Shown in pieces: positions 1-13,605 of a DNA stretch of 64,000 nucleotides. This stretch comes from Takakia lepidozioides (Eukaryota > Plantae > Bryophyta). The notes beneath the pieces were generated by a model. The model made no database searches, was not told the origin of the DNA, and saw only the letters and a list, made by a program, of their open reading frames with translations. The stretch's first letter is position 1. The number at the start of each line of letters is the position of its first letter. The stretch lies in the NCBI GenBank assembly GCA_030704615.1, contig CM060732.1:17608001-17672000 (forward strand). The letters are read 5' to 3'. The position numbers and the translations under genes were made by a program.

Positions 1-1700
1 TGCAAACAAAACCAAAGCGACAATTTGTTCAATATAAATCTGAGTGTCTCCATCGTCTTGAATCTGCAGTTAAGTCCCTCCTTGAAAATTTGGTTAAAGA
101 AGAGGGAGCAATAACTTCAGTTGAAGCTTTGCATGACCTGATGAATGGTTGTGCGGGGTTGGCCGTGGCAGCCTCCCAAAATCTCTTGGGTAGCAGTGGT
201 CGGACTAGAAACACAGCTCAAATGATTTTGAAACATTTGGACTCAAACTGCCATTGTGGAGTTGATATACCTTCTGGAAGAGAGGGCTCTGACAAAGGGA
301 CCGTTATTACCTCGGGACGTCCAGTCTCCAATGGCATTAGCACAATTTCGTCCGAATGGACGTCTGCAAGGCATGGTGGAGCTCCTGTTAGTACCAAGAG
401 AAAAAGGACAATCAAGGTGCGAAATAGTGATGTTGCAGCCCAACCTTCAAGGAAGCGCGCAGTTTCTTTCCTTGTCAACACTCCTTTTCCAGCACCTGTA
501 CAGCCTTTGAAGCAGATGAGCAGCCAAGAGCCCTTCGTATGTCTGAGTCCTCTGGTTAAGGTAGTTACGAATCTGATGCCAAGGTTGGGACATGAGACGA
601 TGTCCAAAGGAGGAGCTCCGTCATGAGTTCCTTGGTCCTCAAAAGATGCATACTGCATCTATATTGGAGTTCCTGCATTGGGGAAGATGAGCAATGTATG
701 TGTACTTGCATATAAGGCTGTTCTGCCTCCTTTTCTTGTGACAACTACTTGGGGTTGAAGTTGCCAGAGGACTTCACAGAATTCACACTAAGCTTGCACT
801 GGTAAGCTCCTTCTCACCCCTCCCCCCTAAACATCGTGGCACCTTTCTCATCTTTTAACTCACTCTCATGGCTTCTGGCCTCAATTGGTGGTGATCTGTT
901 GAATTTCCTCGAGCATCTTGCGGGGAATTGATGTATGGTCTGAACCTTTCTTTGCTGCCTCAACAGATTCAATTTTTCTTCTGTGCTGAGTGAGGAACCC
1001 GAATGCGGAGAGGACAAAAAGGCAGGTATGCAATGCCGCCCCTTGAGCACTTCCAATATCCACCACTCAGCGTGACTGTTTGGTAAACGTAGGTCAACAT
1101 TCCTCCTCTTTTCATTGCTTGACCTGCTGGTAAAAGTGTGAACTTCATAATGCAGAGATTGTTTAGAGGCCTTCACCGGAGATTTATGCCCAGGCAGTCA
1201 TCCAAAAGTCACATGGTGTCACCCACCAGCTGGTTGGTGGTTGGTCTGCCTCTTTGGGCTGTTAGACCCCTGTTGAAATGACTCTTCCTATTGATGGCAG
1301 GACAGTGTGAGCACCTGAAAATCGGACTGCCTGAATGGCATGCGTTGAAGGCTGCATTCCTAAAACAGAGCTGGTTATGAAGTGCAGAGGGGTGGTTGAA
1401 GAAAAGCCTCTGAAGTTAAACCTTCTGGGTCTGATAGCAAGCTTATTTTCCTGAATCATTTGGCCTCATTGACATCAAAATAACTGCCATTTCAGCTCTT
1501 CCTTCAGAGTCTGAGAAGCTTGAGATGACGATGGGATCTGTAGCCTTCATTGTGTAGTTATTGGCATTAATAAGAGCTTTGTTGAGAGTATCTTGAAGGC
1601 CAAAACAACTTGTCTATTAGAGCAAAAGTTTTTTGTCCCTACTTTTCTGCCCAGGAACCATACAGCAGCAAAGGGCACAAGGCCCCAGCAAGCGAATCAG
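1..1700 (-). mobile_element. Possible degenerate LINE ORF1-like region
   Basis: Fragmented minus-strand low-complexity ORFs, with weak resemblance (e.g. PSSLTKFSR vs LSPLTKISW) to the ORF1 region of the LINE at 29400-31500; no diagnostic motif. Confidence 0.25.
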
Positions 1701-1716
1701 CTCAGTAAATTACAGG

Positions 1717-1760
1717 CCCCCACCCCTCCCCTCCCCTCCCCTCCCCCCCCCCCCTCCCCT

Positions 1761-1790
<30 letters not shown>
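1717..1790. repeat. (CCCCT)n / poly-C / (CT)n simple repeat
   Basis: Directly visible. Confidence 0.95.
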
Positions 1791-1795
<5 letters not shown>

Positions 1796-2199
1796 TTCTT
1801 TCTCGGCACAATGGCCACAAGGCTACGGCAAACAAAGTCTTATGAGTACCTTCTTTCTCGGCACTAGACTGAAATTTAAACTCAGGGCAGGAAGCCTACC
1901 TTTGAACAGCAAACAGAAGCCTTGGGGGTTGGGGTGGTCAACGCCTCGGATTCCGCGGGGCCTGCAGCCCGCTTCAAACCAATAGCCAACTCATGGCTAT
2001 TGCCATGGTATCCCCTTTATGGCGCCTCACTTTTGGGAACCCCATCATGAATCCATGGTCTTTTGCTTGCACCTAAACAAAAACAAAGAAATAAACCCCA
2101 AGCTAACCCCAAATGGGCTAGCCTAACCTTCCCAATGGTTAGCTATGGCCATAGCTTAACCAAGCTAGGGAGGCCATATTAGATCTGATTTTTGATCTG

Positions 2200-2959
2200 T
2201 AAATTAGTTATGCATGAAAAATAAATTTCCAGTGTCAGCTTCACTCAGTTCTCTCTACACGGTGTGGGTAATGAATGTGTATCATATTAATCTCTGTTTA
2301 GTATCAGGCCGTAGCCATAGTGTCTCTAATCTGTTCTACAGTACGACTCTATAGCTTGCATGAATCAAGCATCGATCCAATCATCTTCCCATCTTCGTGT
2401 TCTCCATCCTTGGTTCCGTTCCTGCTCTCCACTTCATCTCCTCCACTCATGACCCCCCGTTGCTGCTCTGCCTCATCTACATGCAAGCTGTTCTAACCGC
2501 CTAACTAACTAACCGTCACCCCAAGAAGTAACACGTTCCCTCTGCAGATGTCGTTCCTACACAGGCGTTCCCTACCAATGATAACCGTTCCCTATGTACG
2601 TTGTGATGGCCTGTGCCAAGCTGTGTCGGGCTGTGACTGTGCCAAGCTGTGACTGGCTATATAAAGCTGTGTCGGGCTGTGTCGTGTTGTGACTGGCTGT
2701 GCGAAGCTATGTCAAGCTGTGATAGACTGTGACTAACTGTGATAGGCTGTGATTGACTGTGACAGACTGTGTAAGGCTGTGTATGGCCGTGATAGACTAT
2801 GATAGGCTGTGTACGACTGTCTACCACCCCTAAAGCCTGTGCTGTCACCCCTAAGGCCTCTGTTGGTCTAAGTCTACCATCTGTAAGTCTGCACAAAAAT
2901 TAAGGGTACCCCACAGAGCCCATAAAAGTGTCTAATTAGTCCCAGACAACCCTCTAACA
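2200..2959 (-). repeat. 3' LTR (family A-related, distal end eroded)
   Basis: Reverse complement matches the LTRs at 15635-16589 and 18982-20032; immediately follows the PPT. Confidence 0.85.
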
Positions 2960-2997
2960 TTACCCCTCCCCCTCTCAAAAAGTCGTGTCCTCACGGT

Positions 2998-4932
2998 TTA
3001 CTGTTTAGGATCAGCAAACCGTTGTGAGCGAGCACCCTTCTGACAGTGAGAATCCTTTGGAGGGCTCTGTGTGCGAGCCCGAGCCCTGTCACTGGCTGAT
3101 GGGAACGATTGAGTACCAAACGGAAATGCCTGACCCTCCTGTGGTTGATAACGAGGTAACCTCTCAGGCATAGGAGATCCCCGCCGTTTCTTCTCTGCCA
3201 TCTGTAGTGCGTAGTCCTCCGCCATGTCAAAAGGTTCCTTTGTAGAACCAGTAGTATCAGAATCATCTTCCCCCCTGAGGTGTTTCGGCAGCCGAACCTT
3301 AAGTGGTTCCTCAGGAATCCTGCATGGCATGCAGTGTTGGCCCACCATGTCTGGAAGCTTGAACTGGACTATTTGCTTTAATCGCTTGCAAGCAAAATGA
3401 GTGAATTCCCTGAACTCCTTGGCCGTATAGGTGAGAGGTGTGCCAATGACCTTGGAACAGTGTAAGTATTTCCAGGCTTCATGTCCCTTATAAAAAATAT
3501 CATCAAGGCCCAATTTTTCTTTGGCCAAGCTGTTCCAAGCCAAATTAAACCATGCACGAAGCTGGGAATCCTTCTGCATCACGATTTTTGCATCATATAG
3601 ATACATATGAGGTGGAATTGAAGGTAAGACCCAATGATCTCCACTGGAATAACTCAGAAATCTTGATTGCATCTTCTACTGCTCAATGTGATACCGTGCA
3701 ATGAAACAAGCAGCATAGTACAATCCACAGCCCATGACAATACTAGATACCTCCTTGGTTTTGGTGTAGATGTACCCATGAACAACCTGAAAGGCAATTA
3801 ATTCCCTCAGCATGGTGCCTGCCTCAGACTTGTACCTTGCAAAATGATGATCCTCAATGGGTCGATTGTTTGGAAGAACCTTAGTCCTAGTTGCCACTGA
3901 CAACCAAATGCGCATGATCTGGTAATAATGTGCCAAAGACTGTGGAGGATTGAATTCCTTCCAAGCTAAATCCATCACAATGGGAATTTGGTTGAAGGGC
4001 ATAATCATAGCCCGATTGTACTCCAGTGTAGCAGGAGTCCTAGGTGGGTGAAAAGCAGCATCCCCCCAAACCTCAGCCTGTGGCATTGCCACGGTATCAA
4101 CAGTGTCAGCCACTTGCACAGCCACCGGCTGTGGGGGCTGTGATATTGCCGCCATTGTCCCTCCTATTACTGGCATTTCTTGTACCTCTTGTAATGAAGA
4201 CTGAAAAATCAGGGTTCTGGCATGCAAATAAGTAGCCACCAGCTGCTCCTCAGGAACAAAGACTCGTTTGTCAATGTTGGAACTCAAGTCATCTACTTGA
4301 GTCTGCAGCCCTTCCACATCATCCTGTAACTATGCTATCCTACTATAGACATTGTCTATAGTAGTTGTGGCAATGTTCTACACCTGCAACCTGAGATCAT
4401 TTATCTCCCCCTGAGTGAGCTTTCGTGGTGCCTTCCCTTCCACCGGCCCTTGTGTTAACCATACTTGCATAAGATGATTATCCACCAAGTCATGTGTAGC
4501 ACCCCGGAGAGCCTGCTCCTCCTTAAGTCTGTACACATCTAACTACTTCTATAAGGCCTTCATGTGCTTCGCATGAGGTTCAACCAGGCCCGCATAGGCA
4601 GCAGCCAGATTATTGGCTTCCTTCCAAGCCTTGTTAGCCACAGAGAGTTCATTCTTGTGGCCCGTGAGTGATTGCTGCAACTGCAGGATGAACCTTTCTT
4701 TCTCAGCCTCAACCTGACTGTACTGTTGGAAAGTATCCTCATTGCGACGGAGAGTAGCCTTCAGATCAGCAATAAGTTTCCCCTGCTCTACTGTCTCAGC
4801 CTTTGCCATCATACATCTCTTTGCTTGTCTGTTAACTACTAATGCAGTTTGTTCCAGAGCAGTTGTTAGTGTGGCACATTGTATGGTCATTCTCTGATGA
4901 ACTGTCTCCAACTCTGTATGAAGCACCGTCAC
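2998..4932 (-). pseudogene. Retrotransposon extra ORF2 (about 645 codons; coiled coil plus unknown domain), broken by in-frame stops
   Basis: ORFs 4549-4932, 3676-4317 and 2998-3672 are all in one frame; homologous copies at 17980-18945 and 42539-44203 read Q where this copy has TAG. Confidence 0.8.
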
Positions 4933-5507
4933 TTCCTATCATCATGTGGAGGCATCTTGGGTGCGTGCCTCAGAAATGGGAAACGCATCCGAGGCGGTTG
5001 CAGCTTTCGAAGGGCGACCTCAAAAGCGGAAGAAGCGTTGATGGGGACATCAACCTTGGAGCGTGGGGGAGGAAATGCATGCTTAGCCCGGCTTAGCTAG
5101 CTCAGGAATCCAATTGCAAAAACTTGTATTGTACAAAATTTACTTTAAATGAAATGTTTCAAAATGTTGTGCTTCCTATTTTGTTTGGAATGGCGATGCA
5201 TGGTATGGTTGACTAGTGTGTAGAAGGCATGCTAGCTTACAAAAGCGGGAGAGGTAAATTGGGTTAATCGTGTGTTTGCGCAGTGCCGAAATCGGGTGAC
5301 TCCCATCCAAGGGGCAAGGAAACTTGCGCCTTCTTTGGGAGTTCACGTGCTAGTGCGCACCTGGCGCGTGCGCGTACTATAACTGCGCTACCGAGGGGGT
5401 TGCCTTGTAGTGCGGGCTAACGCGGAAGCTACGTGCTTCCGTTCACGTACTATAATCGTGTAGCCTCGGGACGAAGTCGTAGTGCGGCTTCGGCGTGTTC
5501 CCGTACC

Positions 5508-7211
5508 TCAGGCCAACATTCCAAGGCGGACCCCCTCATGCGTCACTTGCAATTGGTATAGCTGCTGCTTATGCGCTTCATGCAACTTCCCCTGCTCCAG
5601 ACCCGCTTCAATCAAATTCCCCTTTGTTAGCTGCAGGGCAGCCTTGGTGTCCTCCAATTCTTTCTGCAACTTGAGATTGGCCTCCACATCCACCTTCTTT
5701 GCACATTCAGTGGCAATTCTAGCCTCAAACTCCTGCTTGAGTTCCTCTCTCAAAGCTGCCAATTGTGTAGATGGAACATGAGACTTCACATATGTGCCCA
5801 ACAAATTGAGTGTTCTGCTTATGGAACTCATAAGCATGGCCTGCTGTGGGTCTTCATGGGAACCATGTTGGTGGTCACCCTGATTCTCCACAGTGTGATG
5901 TTTCACCAACCATTCAGGCCATGTTCCCACAAGATCTTCGTCCTGAACGACCTCATTCTCCACAGGTGTTGTAGTGCCCCTACCTTCTACCTCTGGAACC
6001 TCCTCCACAGGTTTGGGCATCACATGCACATCAGGGATTTCCTCAATCAAACTCTGCATCTTTGGCACCACTGGTTCCCTGACCAAGCCAGAGTTTTCAT
6101 AGAGAAGGTCCCCCTTCTCAATTTCTGCCACTACCTGCTCTGTAGTGGGAATGTCCAGCCCTTCTCCTTCCAGAGCAATAGGCTCTGGTGTAACAACATG
6201 TACTACTTGAGTGACCCCCGGAACAATTGAGTCAACTGACTGTGGTGGCTGTGGTACTGAGGTAACTTCTTCCTCCCTCTCCACAGGCCGTGCTTCCAGT
6301 AACAACAGCCCTCTGTGCTGCTGTTCCCCATCCTGTACAAGAACTATGGAAACATCATCTTGTGGTTTCCTTGAAGCTAGTGGATCTGCCGCAATCGTAT
6401 CCCGCTTCTGCCTCTTGGACTGGTGCTGCCCCTCCAATCCACTTTCACCATGTGAAGAGCCCTGCTCCTCAATTGCAATGGTTGTTGTCTCAAACACTCT
6501 CATCTCCTTATGTTCTCGTGCATCAAGTATGCAAGAATCAAGGATAATTTGCGCAATTATTGGGCCAGACACTATGATCGGAGACTTAGCTACAGTGCCC
6601 TGTAACCACTTCATCTCTTCCACTAGACCATTGTACATCAACTCCGCCCAAGCTATATCCTCTCCCCTCAAGGCTTTCAGTATCTCCTCCATGAATGATC
6701 TGCTCAAGTACTGTTGGTTCTGTTTCATGGCAAACAGAACATTCAGTATTTGGCCAACTTCTCTTAGCCCTGGGTACTCAGCCTTGGTGCAGGTATATCC
6801 TTGAGTTTTAAAGAAACTCGTTTCTTGGAACAAATTGACCATTTGCAATCTTGTCCTGTGTTCATCCACATTCACATGCCCAGATGGCAATTCAAACAGT
6901 TGCTGCAAATACTGGGGAGTAATCTCTATATCTACTCCCCTCACCTGTGTAACTCTTGTCCAAGGCTCAAAGTTCTGAATGAATTGAATCATATACTTCC
7001 GATGATGCAAAGACTAGTCCTTGCATAGCAGCCCTTCCAATCGCAACTCCTTTAGCAGCTGCACTGCCTGTGGTGTAGCAATTGTTTGCTTCTGCAGAAT
7101 CGTGGTGCTCTTCACCCTGACATCCTTCATTCCCCTAACTCTCTTCATCCCAGACAAACAAGAAGGCCTTGTTTGAAACAGTTGTAGGAAAGCTTGCAGG
7201 GCGTAGAGCAT
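5508..7211 (-). pseudogene. Retrotransposon extra ORF1 (plant transposon protein/Athila-ORF-like N-terminus, acidic linker, coiled coil)
   Basis: 500-aa ORF with VRGVDIEITPQYLQQLFELP, plus an in-frame upstream piece (7014-7211); homologous in position and sequence to 21328-23614. Confidence 0.65.
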
Positions 7212-8134
7212 AAAGGTATGGTTGGCACAAAAAGGAACGGGTAAGTGCGTGTAAGCCTGTGGGGCTTGCAGATAGTGGGTGAGAGAGAATGTCCTTTCAA
7301 CAGGCCGTCCGTCCTTGCGCCACTATGTGAGAAGTAAAGCTAATGTATAGTCTGTAATATCCGCCATAGCTACAAAGCTATAGCTTTGATTGCCCCTCCC
7401 GTCGAGACGCTGGTTATTCGGAGCCACCCCGACTCTTCCGCTCATAACTCTTCTAATTTCTTGTTCTTGTTTCTTGGAAGGAACCACCTGCATGAAATTC
7501 TCGCTCCTGATTGGCTGTTGCCTCCTTGGGTAACTTCTTAATTTTACCCCCCTCAGTGGACATTCCCACCTAACATGTCCACTAGGACAGCACATGTGGC
7601 AAAGGCCCCCCTTTTCTGTACACGTAAAGGGTTCTATTACCTTTGCCCTGAATGCATTAATGGGCCCACAAATAGTTTTGGTTGATGTACCGGGTAGGTA
7701 CTTTGACGGCCCAGTTTGTCCTCTTGTATGATGACACCCACTTTTACAATATATGCACCGCGGTGTGCTTTGCCCTAGTGGCTACGTGTTCACTTTTAAA
7801 CATACCCCCGTCTTCCCCTGTCCGCGTGGCACATTCTCCGAGTTTGACTTCCAAGCTGTCATTTCACTTGTCGGCCACTTTACTAACGTTAACCCGCGTC
7901 CACCTGTCACTGACTCTATGGGCTGTGCAACTCGCATAGGTTGTGTTGGGCTGTGTCAAACTGTGGTAAACTGTGATAGGCTGTGTGATGCTATGATGGA
8001 CTGTGATAGACTGTGTGATACTGTGATGGGCTATGATAGCTGTGCGAACACCCGTGTTCTCCGCTCAGGCCATACACATTCGGCTTTACGACAAGTGCTT
8101 CATGCTCCGTTGGTATCACCGGTGCAGCCCGTGA

Positions 8135-11100
8135 CTATTTCTGTGTTTCAATATGCAAATCATGCTGCAATGGTTTGTCATGGATACCACTGTATCCCTT
8201 CAACTTATTGGCATTGACTCTTCCCAGCATCTCCTTATTAATGGTTTGTAACATGGTTGTGTTGTTATCATACATCTTCTGTGTGACATAAGGTCCTTTC
8301 CATGGTGACTTAAGCTTAGAAGCTTTCATCTTTCTCTTCTTCTGCAACCACAGAACCAAATCACCCGTCTTAAAAGTTTTCAGTTTACCTTCATCAGATT
8401 GATCCTTCCTCTTCATCTGAATTCTGGTCATGTTATCTGTTGCATCCGCACGTACTTCATCCACATGATGTAATTCATGTTTCCTGACTTTAATTGAATC
8501 TTCCAATTCCATTCTCCTTCCCCATTCAATTCTCATGGTAGGTAACAAGAACTCCACTGGAAGTTAAGCTTCCATACCATAAACTAATTGGAATGGTGTA
8601 TACTTAGTGGTGACTTTATATGAAGTCATGTATGACCACAAAGCTGTCAGCAGCTTTGTATCCCAATCCGTTCTGTTTGCATTGACTATCTTAGCCAAAA
8701 TAGTACATAGTATTTTGTTGGTGGCTTCTGCCTGCCCATTACCCTGTGGGTAATAGGTTGTACTCTTCCTGTGCACAATCATGAACTCTTTAGTCAATAG
8801 TTCTATAGTCTCGTTAATGAAGTGACTTCCCTGGTCACTAATAAATTCCAGGGGACAGCCAAATCTTGTGAGTATGTTCTCATACAGGAACCTTGCTGTA
8901 GACTTAGCTGTGTTGTCCCTCAAAGCCTTAGCTTCTACCTACTTTGTAGTATAATCAGTGGCTGTGATTATATACTTGTTATGTGTATTTCTGGCTAGTG
9001 GGTTTATTGGTCCAACAAAGTCTAGTCCCCACTTCTGAAATGGTTCAGTAGGCATTGTAGGATGCAAAGCCATCTTTCCAGATCTCTGCAATGGTCCTAG
9101 CCTCTGACACTCATCACAACTCTTGCACTACTTGTGTACATCCTTGAACAAAGAAGGCCACCAATAACCTGCAAGTAATATCTTCCTACTGGTAGTCTCC
9201 TCTCCAAAATGACCTCCAGCCACTCCTTTATGAACTTCCTCCAAAACTTTATTTACTTCATGGTGGTACAAGCATCGTTTCAAAACTCCATCAAGTCCTA
9301 GCTTATACATTCTGTTGCCTATCATAGTGTAAGGTAAAGCCTTGATAGCCATTTTCTTTCTCTGTTCCTTCCCATAACTGGGTGGGCACTGACCATGAGT
9401 AAGATAGTATCTGATTGGCCACTGCCAATCTAACCAATCATCTGCACTTCCTTGCACCTCCACTGCAAATAGACTCGCATCAGGTAATTGGTCTTCTACT
9501 GCCATGGCGGGCTCTCCTGTTGTTAGGCGTGACAAGTGATCTGCCACAAGATGCAAACGGCCAGGCTTATAAACAACTTCGAATTCAAACTCGTGTAGGA
9601 TTATTAACTATCTTGCTATCCTCCCACTTATCAAAGGCTTGTTCACCAGATAAATCAAAGCCTGATGATCCACATAAAACATGAACTTCCTAATGCCTGA
9701 ATTTCTTGACTGCGTAAATCATTGCCAATGCTTCTCTTTCAGTTGTGCTATTGTTCATTTCAGCACTGTTCAACAACCTGCTAGCATAGTACATAGGTGA
9801 ATCTATGTTTCCTATGATATTTTGGGCTAACACAGTTCCCAATGCTTCTCCTGAGGCAACACAGTGTACATGAAATACTACGTGCCAGTGAGGGTTAATC
9901 AGCACAGGTGTAGTTGTTACTGACAATGTAAGTTCCTCAAAAGCTTGTTGACATTCAGCTGTCCATGTAAAACTTGCATCCTTCTTAAGAAGCTTACTCA
10001 AAGGTGCTGCCATCTGTGCATACCGTCTGACAAACCTTCTGTAGTAACTGATTTGTCCAAGGAATCTCTTTAGATTTTTAACATTTCCTGGTGGTGGTGA
10101 TGCTTTAATGGCCTCCGTCTTTTTGGGGTCCACAAGTAATCCCTTCTTACACACAATGTGTCCCAGAAGTACCCATGAGTTCACACAGTAAGTACATTTT
10201 TCTGGATTCAGACCCAGACCTCTCATCCTGCATCTGGCCAAACATAACTCCAATTTATGCAAGTGCTCATTCTTAGAACTATACACACTGAAATCATCTA
10301 AGAACACTTGCATGAAATCATCCAGATACTCATGGAAGGATTCACTTATCACTCTCTGAAATGTTGTTGGTGCATTACAAAGTCCAAAAGGCATGACTTT
10401 GTATGCATAAACACCCCAGTCTGTGATGAAATCTGTCTTTCCCTGGTCTTCTTCTGCCACTTGTACTTGGTTATATCCACTGAAGCCATCCATGAATGAG
10501 GACATCTCATGGCCAGCCACGTTGTCCAATACAGCCTCTGTGAATGGCAAGGGAAAGGGATCTTTCTTTGTACAAGCATTCAACTTCTTATAGTTCACAC
10601 AAACTCTCAGTTTACCATTCTTCTTGGGAACTATCACAATGGGTGACAACCAAGTTGTATACTCTATCGGGTATATGAACTTAGCCTCAGCCAACTTCTT
10701 GATCTCTTCCCCAACCTTCTGTGCATAGTTGGGATTCATCCTGTACTTTGCCTGTTTGATTGGCACTGACCCTGGTTCCAGTTCAATCTTATGCTGACAG
10801 ATCTCAGGTGGTATCCCTTTCAAATCCTCATAACTCCACGCAAATACATCTCTGTATTTGATGAACAGACTCTTGGCTTCCTCAAAGAATTTTGGCTCCA
10901 AGTCAGCCCCCACTTTCACCAATCTTGGTTCCTCCTCCGTTCCCACATTCACTTCTCTCACCTGCTCCTCCGCTGTGATTGTCCATCCAGCCACTACTTC
11001 ATCATGCAAACTCACAGTGGCTGGTTCTTCTAGGATTTCCATTTCTCCCTCTCTTTCCTCATAGAATGTGGTGGGTAACTACTTGTTTCACCCTCAATTG

Positions 11101-11761
11101 GTGTGGCTGTTACTGCACCACAGCAGATACCTTTAAAACAACTCAGACCTCCCAGTTGCATTTCTACAACCTGCTCCCACTCTGGGTGTGCAGCAAATAG
11201 GGTAGCTTCCTGCTCCTCATCAAGTCCTCCCCTCCAGTCATACTCACTGATTCCACGAGGTCTTCTGGTAGCAGGTAGCCTACTAGATTTCTTAGTGGTA
11301 ACCTGTATCTTGTGCTTCCCATCATGTAGAGTCAGTAACTGGGAATTCCAGTCATGGGATACCCTGGCCTGTTTCAGCCATGGTCGACCCAGTAATAAGG
11401 AGTAAGCTTCCATAACATCATCCATTTTCAACACAATCACTGTGATCTTAAATATCATCTTTTGTTCAAATCTGTATCTTAACTCCCCTTATCAAGCCTA
11501 AAGGATGTACACTCCTTTGATCTGCCATTGTTACTGTGAATGGGGCTGGTTTCATACACTCAGACCAAGCTTCTGCCTTAATTGGTCTGTCATGATATTC
11601 ACCCCCGAGCCTCCATCTATCAGTACATTAGTCAATTCTGTGCTTCCAATTCTCAATTGGATTACTGGCATAGAATCATCAAAGTCCATTACTGTTTCTC
11701 GCCCTTCTGGCTTCACATTATAGCTTGTCACCTTGCTGTTCAAGTCTGTGTTCTCTGTCAC
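8135..11761 (-). pseudogene. pol: Gypsy pol: aspartic protease, reverse transcriptase, RNase H, integrase (stops and frameshifts)
   Basis: VLIDGGSGVNIM (PR); YRDVFAWSYEDL, MPFGLCNAP, FLDDF (RT); STTEREALAM (RH); GGHFG...CDEC, ISDQGSHF, PQGNGQAE, WKGPY (INT). Confidence 0.95.
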
Positions 11762-11949
11762 ATGAGCAATATGATAATCGCTTGATACAACCTGTGCCTA
11801 CAATGAGGTGCCACAGCCAATAGCTGTCCAATGGTAATTTCAGCTTTGGTCTGGCATATTACTTCAGCCAAAGTCCCTTCATTACCCCGCACTTGTGCAG
11901 CCTCTTTCTTCACTTCATCTTCACCCTCTCCATCTTCTCCATCAGAGTC

Positions 11950-12829
11950 TGATAACGGCTATGCTACGAGGGACAGACAACGAGGGTCACAACGGGACAT
12001 ACCGGGTAGTGATGGACGTACACTACCTGAGCCACAGGCAGAGATGGCTAAGTACGCGGTACTTAGCCAATGGCGGGACAAAGGTACATTACCACGAGAG
12101 CAGTAGTGGGGTAGAGTAGTTGGTAACCATGAGCCGTGGAACCACGATATCACACGGCCACGTTAGCATCGGCTTTAACCAATAGAGGGAGTAGTGGACC
12201 GTTTACCCACATGGCTCACGACCACTGCAACGAGCCACTTTTTAGCAAACTTTTAGGTTGCGTAGGCAGTTAGGCAAACGGTCATTAACGACCGCAGGCT
12301 GTTGTTGTTTTGTATACGGCTCTTGCGAGCAGAGTATAAAAAACCGCACACAATTAGAGAGGGGTGTGCAATATGAGTATGAGTATCGGTTGAATCAATG
12401 TGTACTTCTGTGATGATGTTGGACGAACTCTGAAGTAAAGCCATGATATTCGAAGTATCTCTTGTGTAGAGTGAATGTGAGATGGAGAGAATGTGCATTA
12501 TGAGAGAACGTGAGATGGTGAGAATGTGTATCATCTCAAAATAGTTCTTGTTTTATCTCGACTACCATCTGCTTGTATGAACAAAGAGGCTTCAGGCTTT
12601 TCGACTAAGATCTTTTATGCTAAAGAGACTGTAGATTGGGCTTAATCAATAGGATTAAGCAGCCTGCACGGATATGGCTTCATACGACGTTCCTGGTTTA
12701 GCTATCCTTAAACAATACTTCGTAATCATTTCTGAAGCATGCCGTCGGAAACCTCTGTTGCATGTCTTAGGAAATGGGCAGTAGTGTTGATAGCCTGTTT
12801 TGTCGAAATTCATAAACCAAACGTTAACA
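11950..12829 (+). repeat. 5' LTR, family B
   Basis: TGATAAC...GTTAACA termini; close match to 26913-27786; followed by a PBS. Confidence 0.9.
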
Positions 12830-12831
12830 TT

Positions 12832-12848
12832 TGGCGACCAACTGGGAC
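12832..12848 (+). other. Primer-binding site (TGGCGACCA..., probably tRNA-Arg type)
   Basis: TGGCGACCAACTGGGA 2 nt after the LTR end; the same motif follows LTR-A at 16592. Confidence 0.75.
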
Positions 12849-13605
12849 TAAAGGTATGTTGAGTTCAGAAGTACTTAAAGAAGGATGGTTACGCAGTGAT
12901 TTCTTGAAATCACGACAGAACGAGTCAACCGAAGCAAAGGAATGGAAAACGTTCCTGGGAAAATTTCATGGTTTACCAAGAGCAATACAACAGAAAATCT
13001 TTCTTTCAGTCGCGAAAGAAGATGACAAATGGGGATTGAAGGGAGGAGTAGGAAGGATTGATCAGTATTATATGAGCACCTTGGGAATGTAGGATTAGAA
13101 GTGAAAGAGTGGTTGTCTCTCTAGCTCTATTGATTACTCTAATACCAATCAAAAAAAGTGTGCTACACTAGTTATATTTTCAGAGAAGGATGTCAAATTA
13201 TGAATATGTCACACGATCATAGAAGCAGTAAGTAGTACTGGATACCCAAAGACTTATTGCAAGTTAGATACACTGAAAAAGACAGATGGTATTATTGTGC
13301 CCATTAAAAGTTTGGTGATCAATCAGTAAAAAGGAAAATTAAGTCGTAATACGGATTCTTGCAAGATAGGAAAAATCTTGAAGAAAGGTAGAGACATATA
13401 AATTTTCTTATTACATACCAAGACTGTTTAAAGGGTACCGAAAAAGAATTCTACATTTGATGTGGGAATGAATGAGGAAATTAAAGAAAAAGCTAAACAA
13501 AAGCTGAACGAATAAAGAAATATGCTACAGAAAGGGAGGCTCGGTTAAGAGAAGAATTTCCAGAATTACAGAACTTGAAAATTATTCAAGGTGAGACATC
13601 AAAGG

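Larger units (their letters stand above)
2200..11949 (-). mobile_element. Ty3/Gypsy LTR retrotransposon, non-chromovirus type (LTR family A-related), interrupted at its 5' end, with extra ORFs after integrase
   Basis: Minus-strand order PR-RT-RH-INT, extra ORFs, PPT (GAGAGGGGGAGGGG, about 2962-2976), then an LTR starting TGTTAGAGG at 2959; gag and 5' LTR are lost at the junction with the LTR-B copy at 11950. Confidence 0.9.

Noticed and set aside
5508-7010. True retroviral env gene
   Set aside because: No signal peptide, furin site or clear transmembrane anchor; resembles plant transposon accessory ORFs
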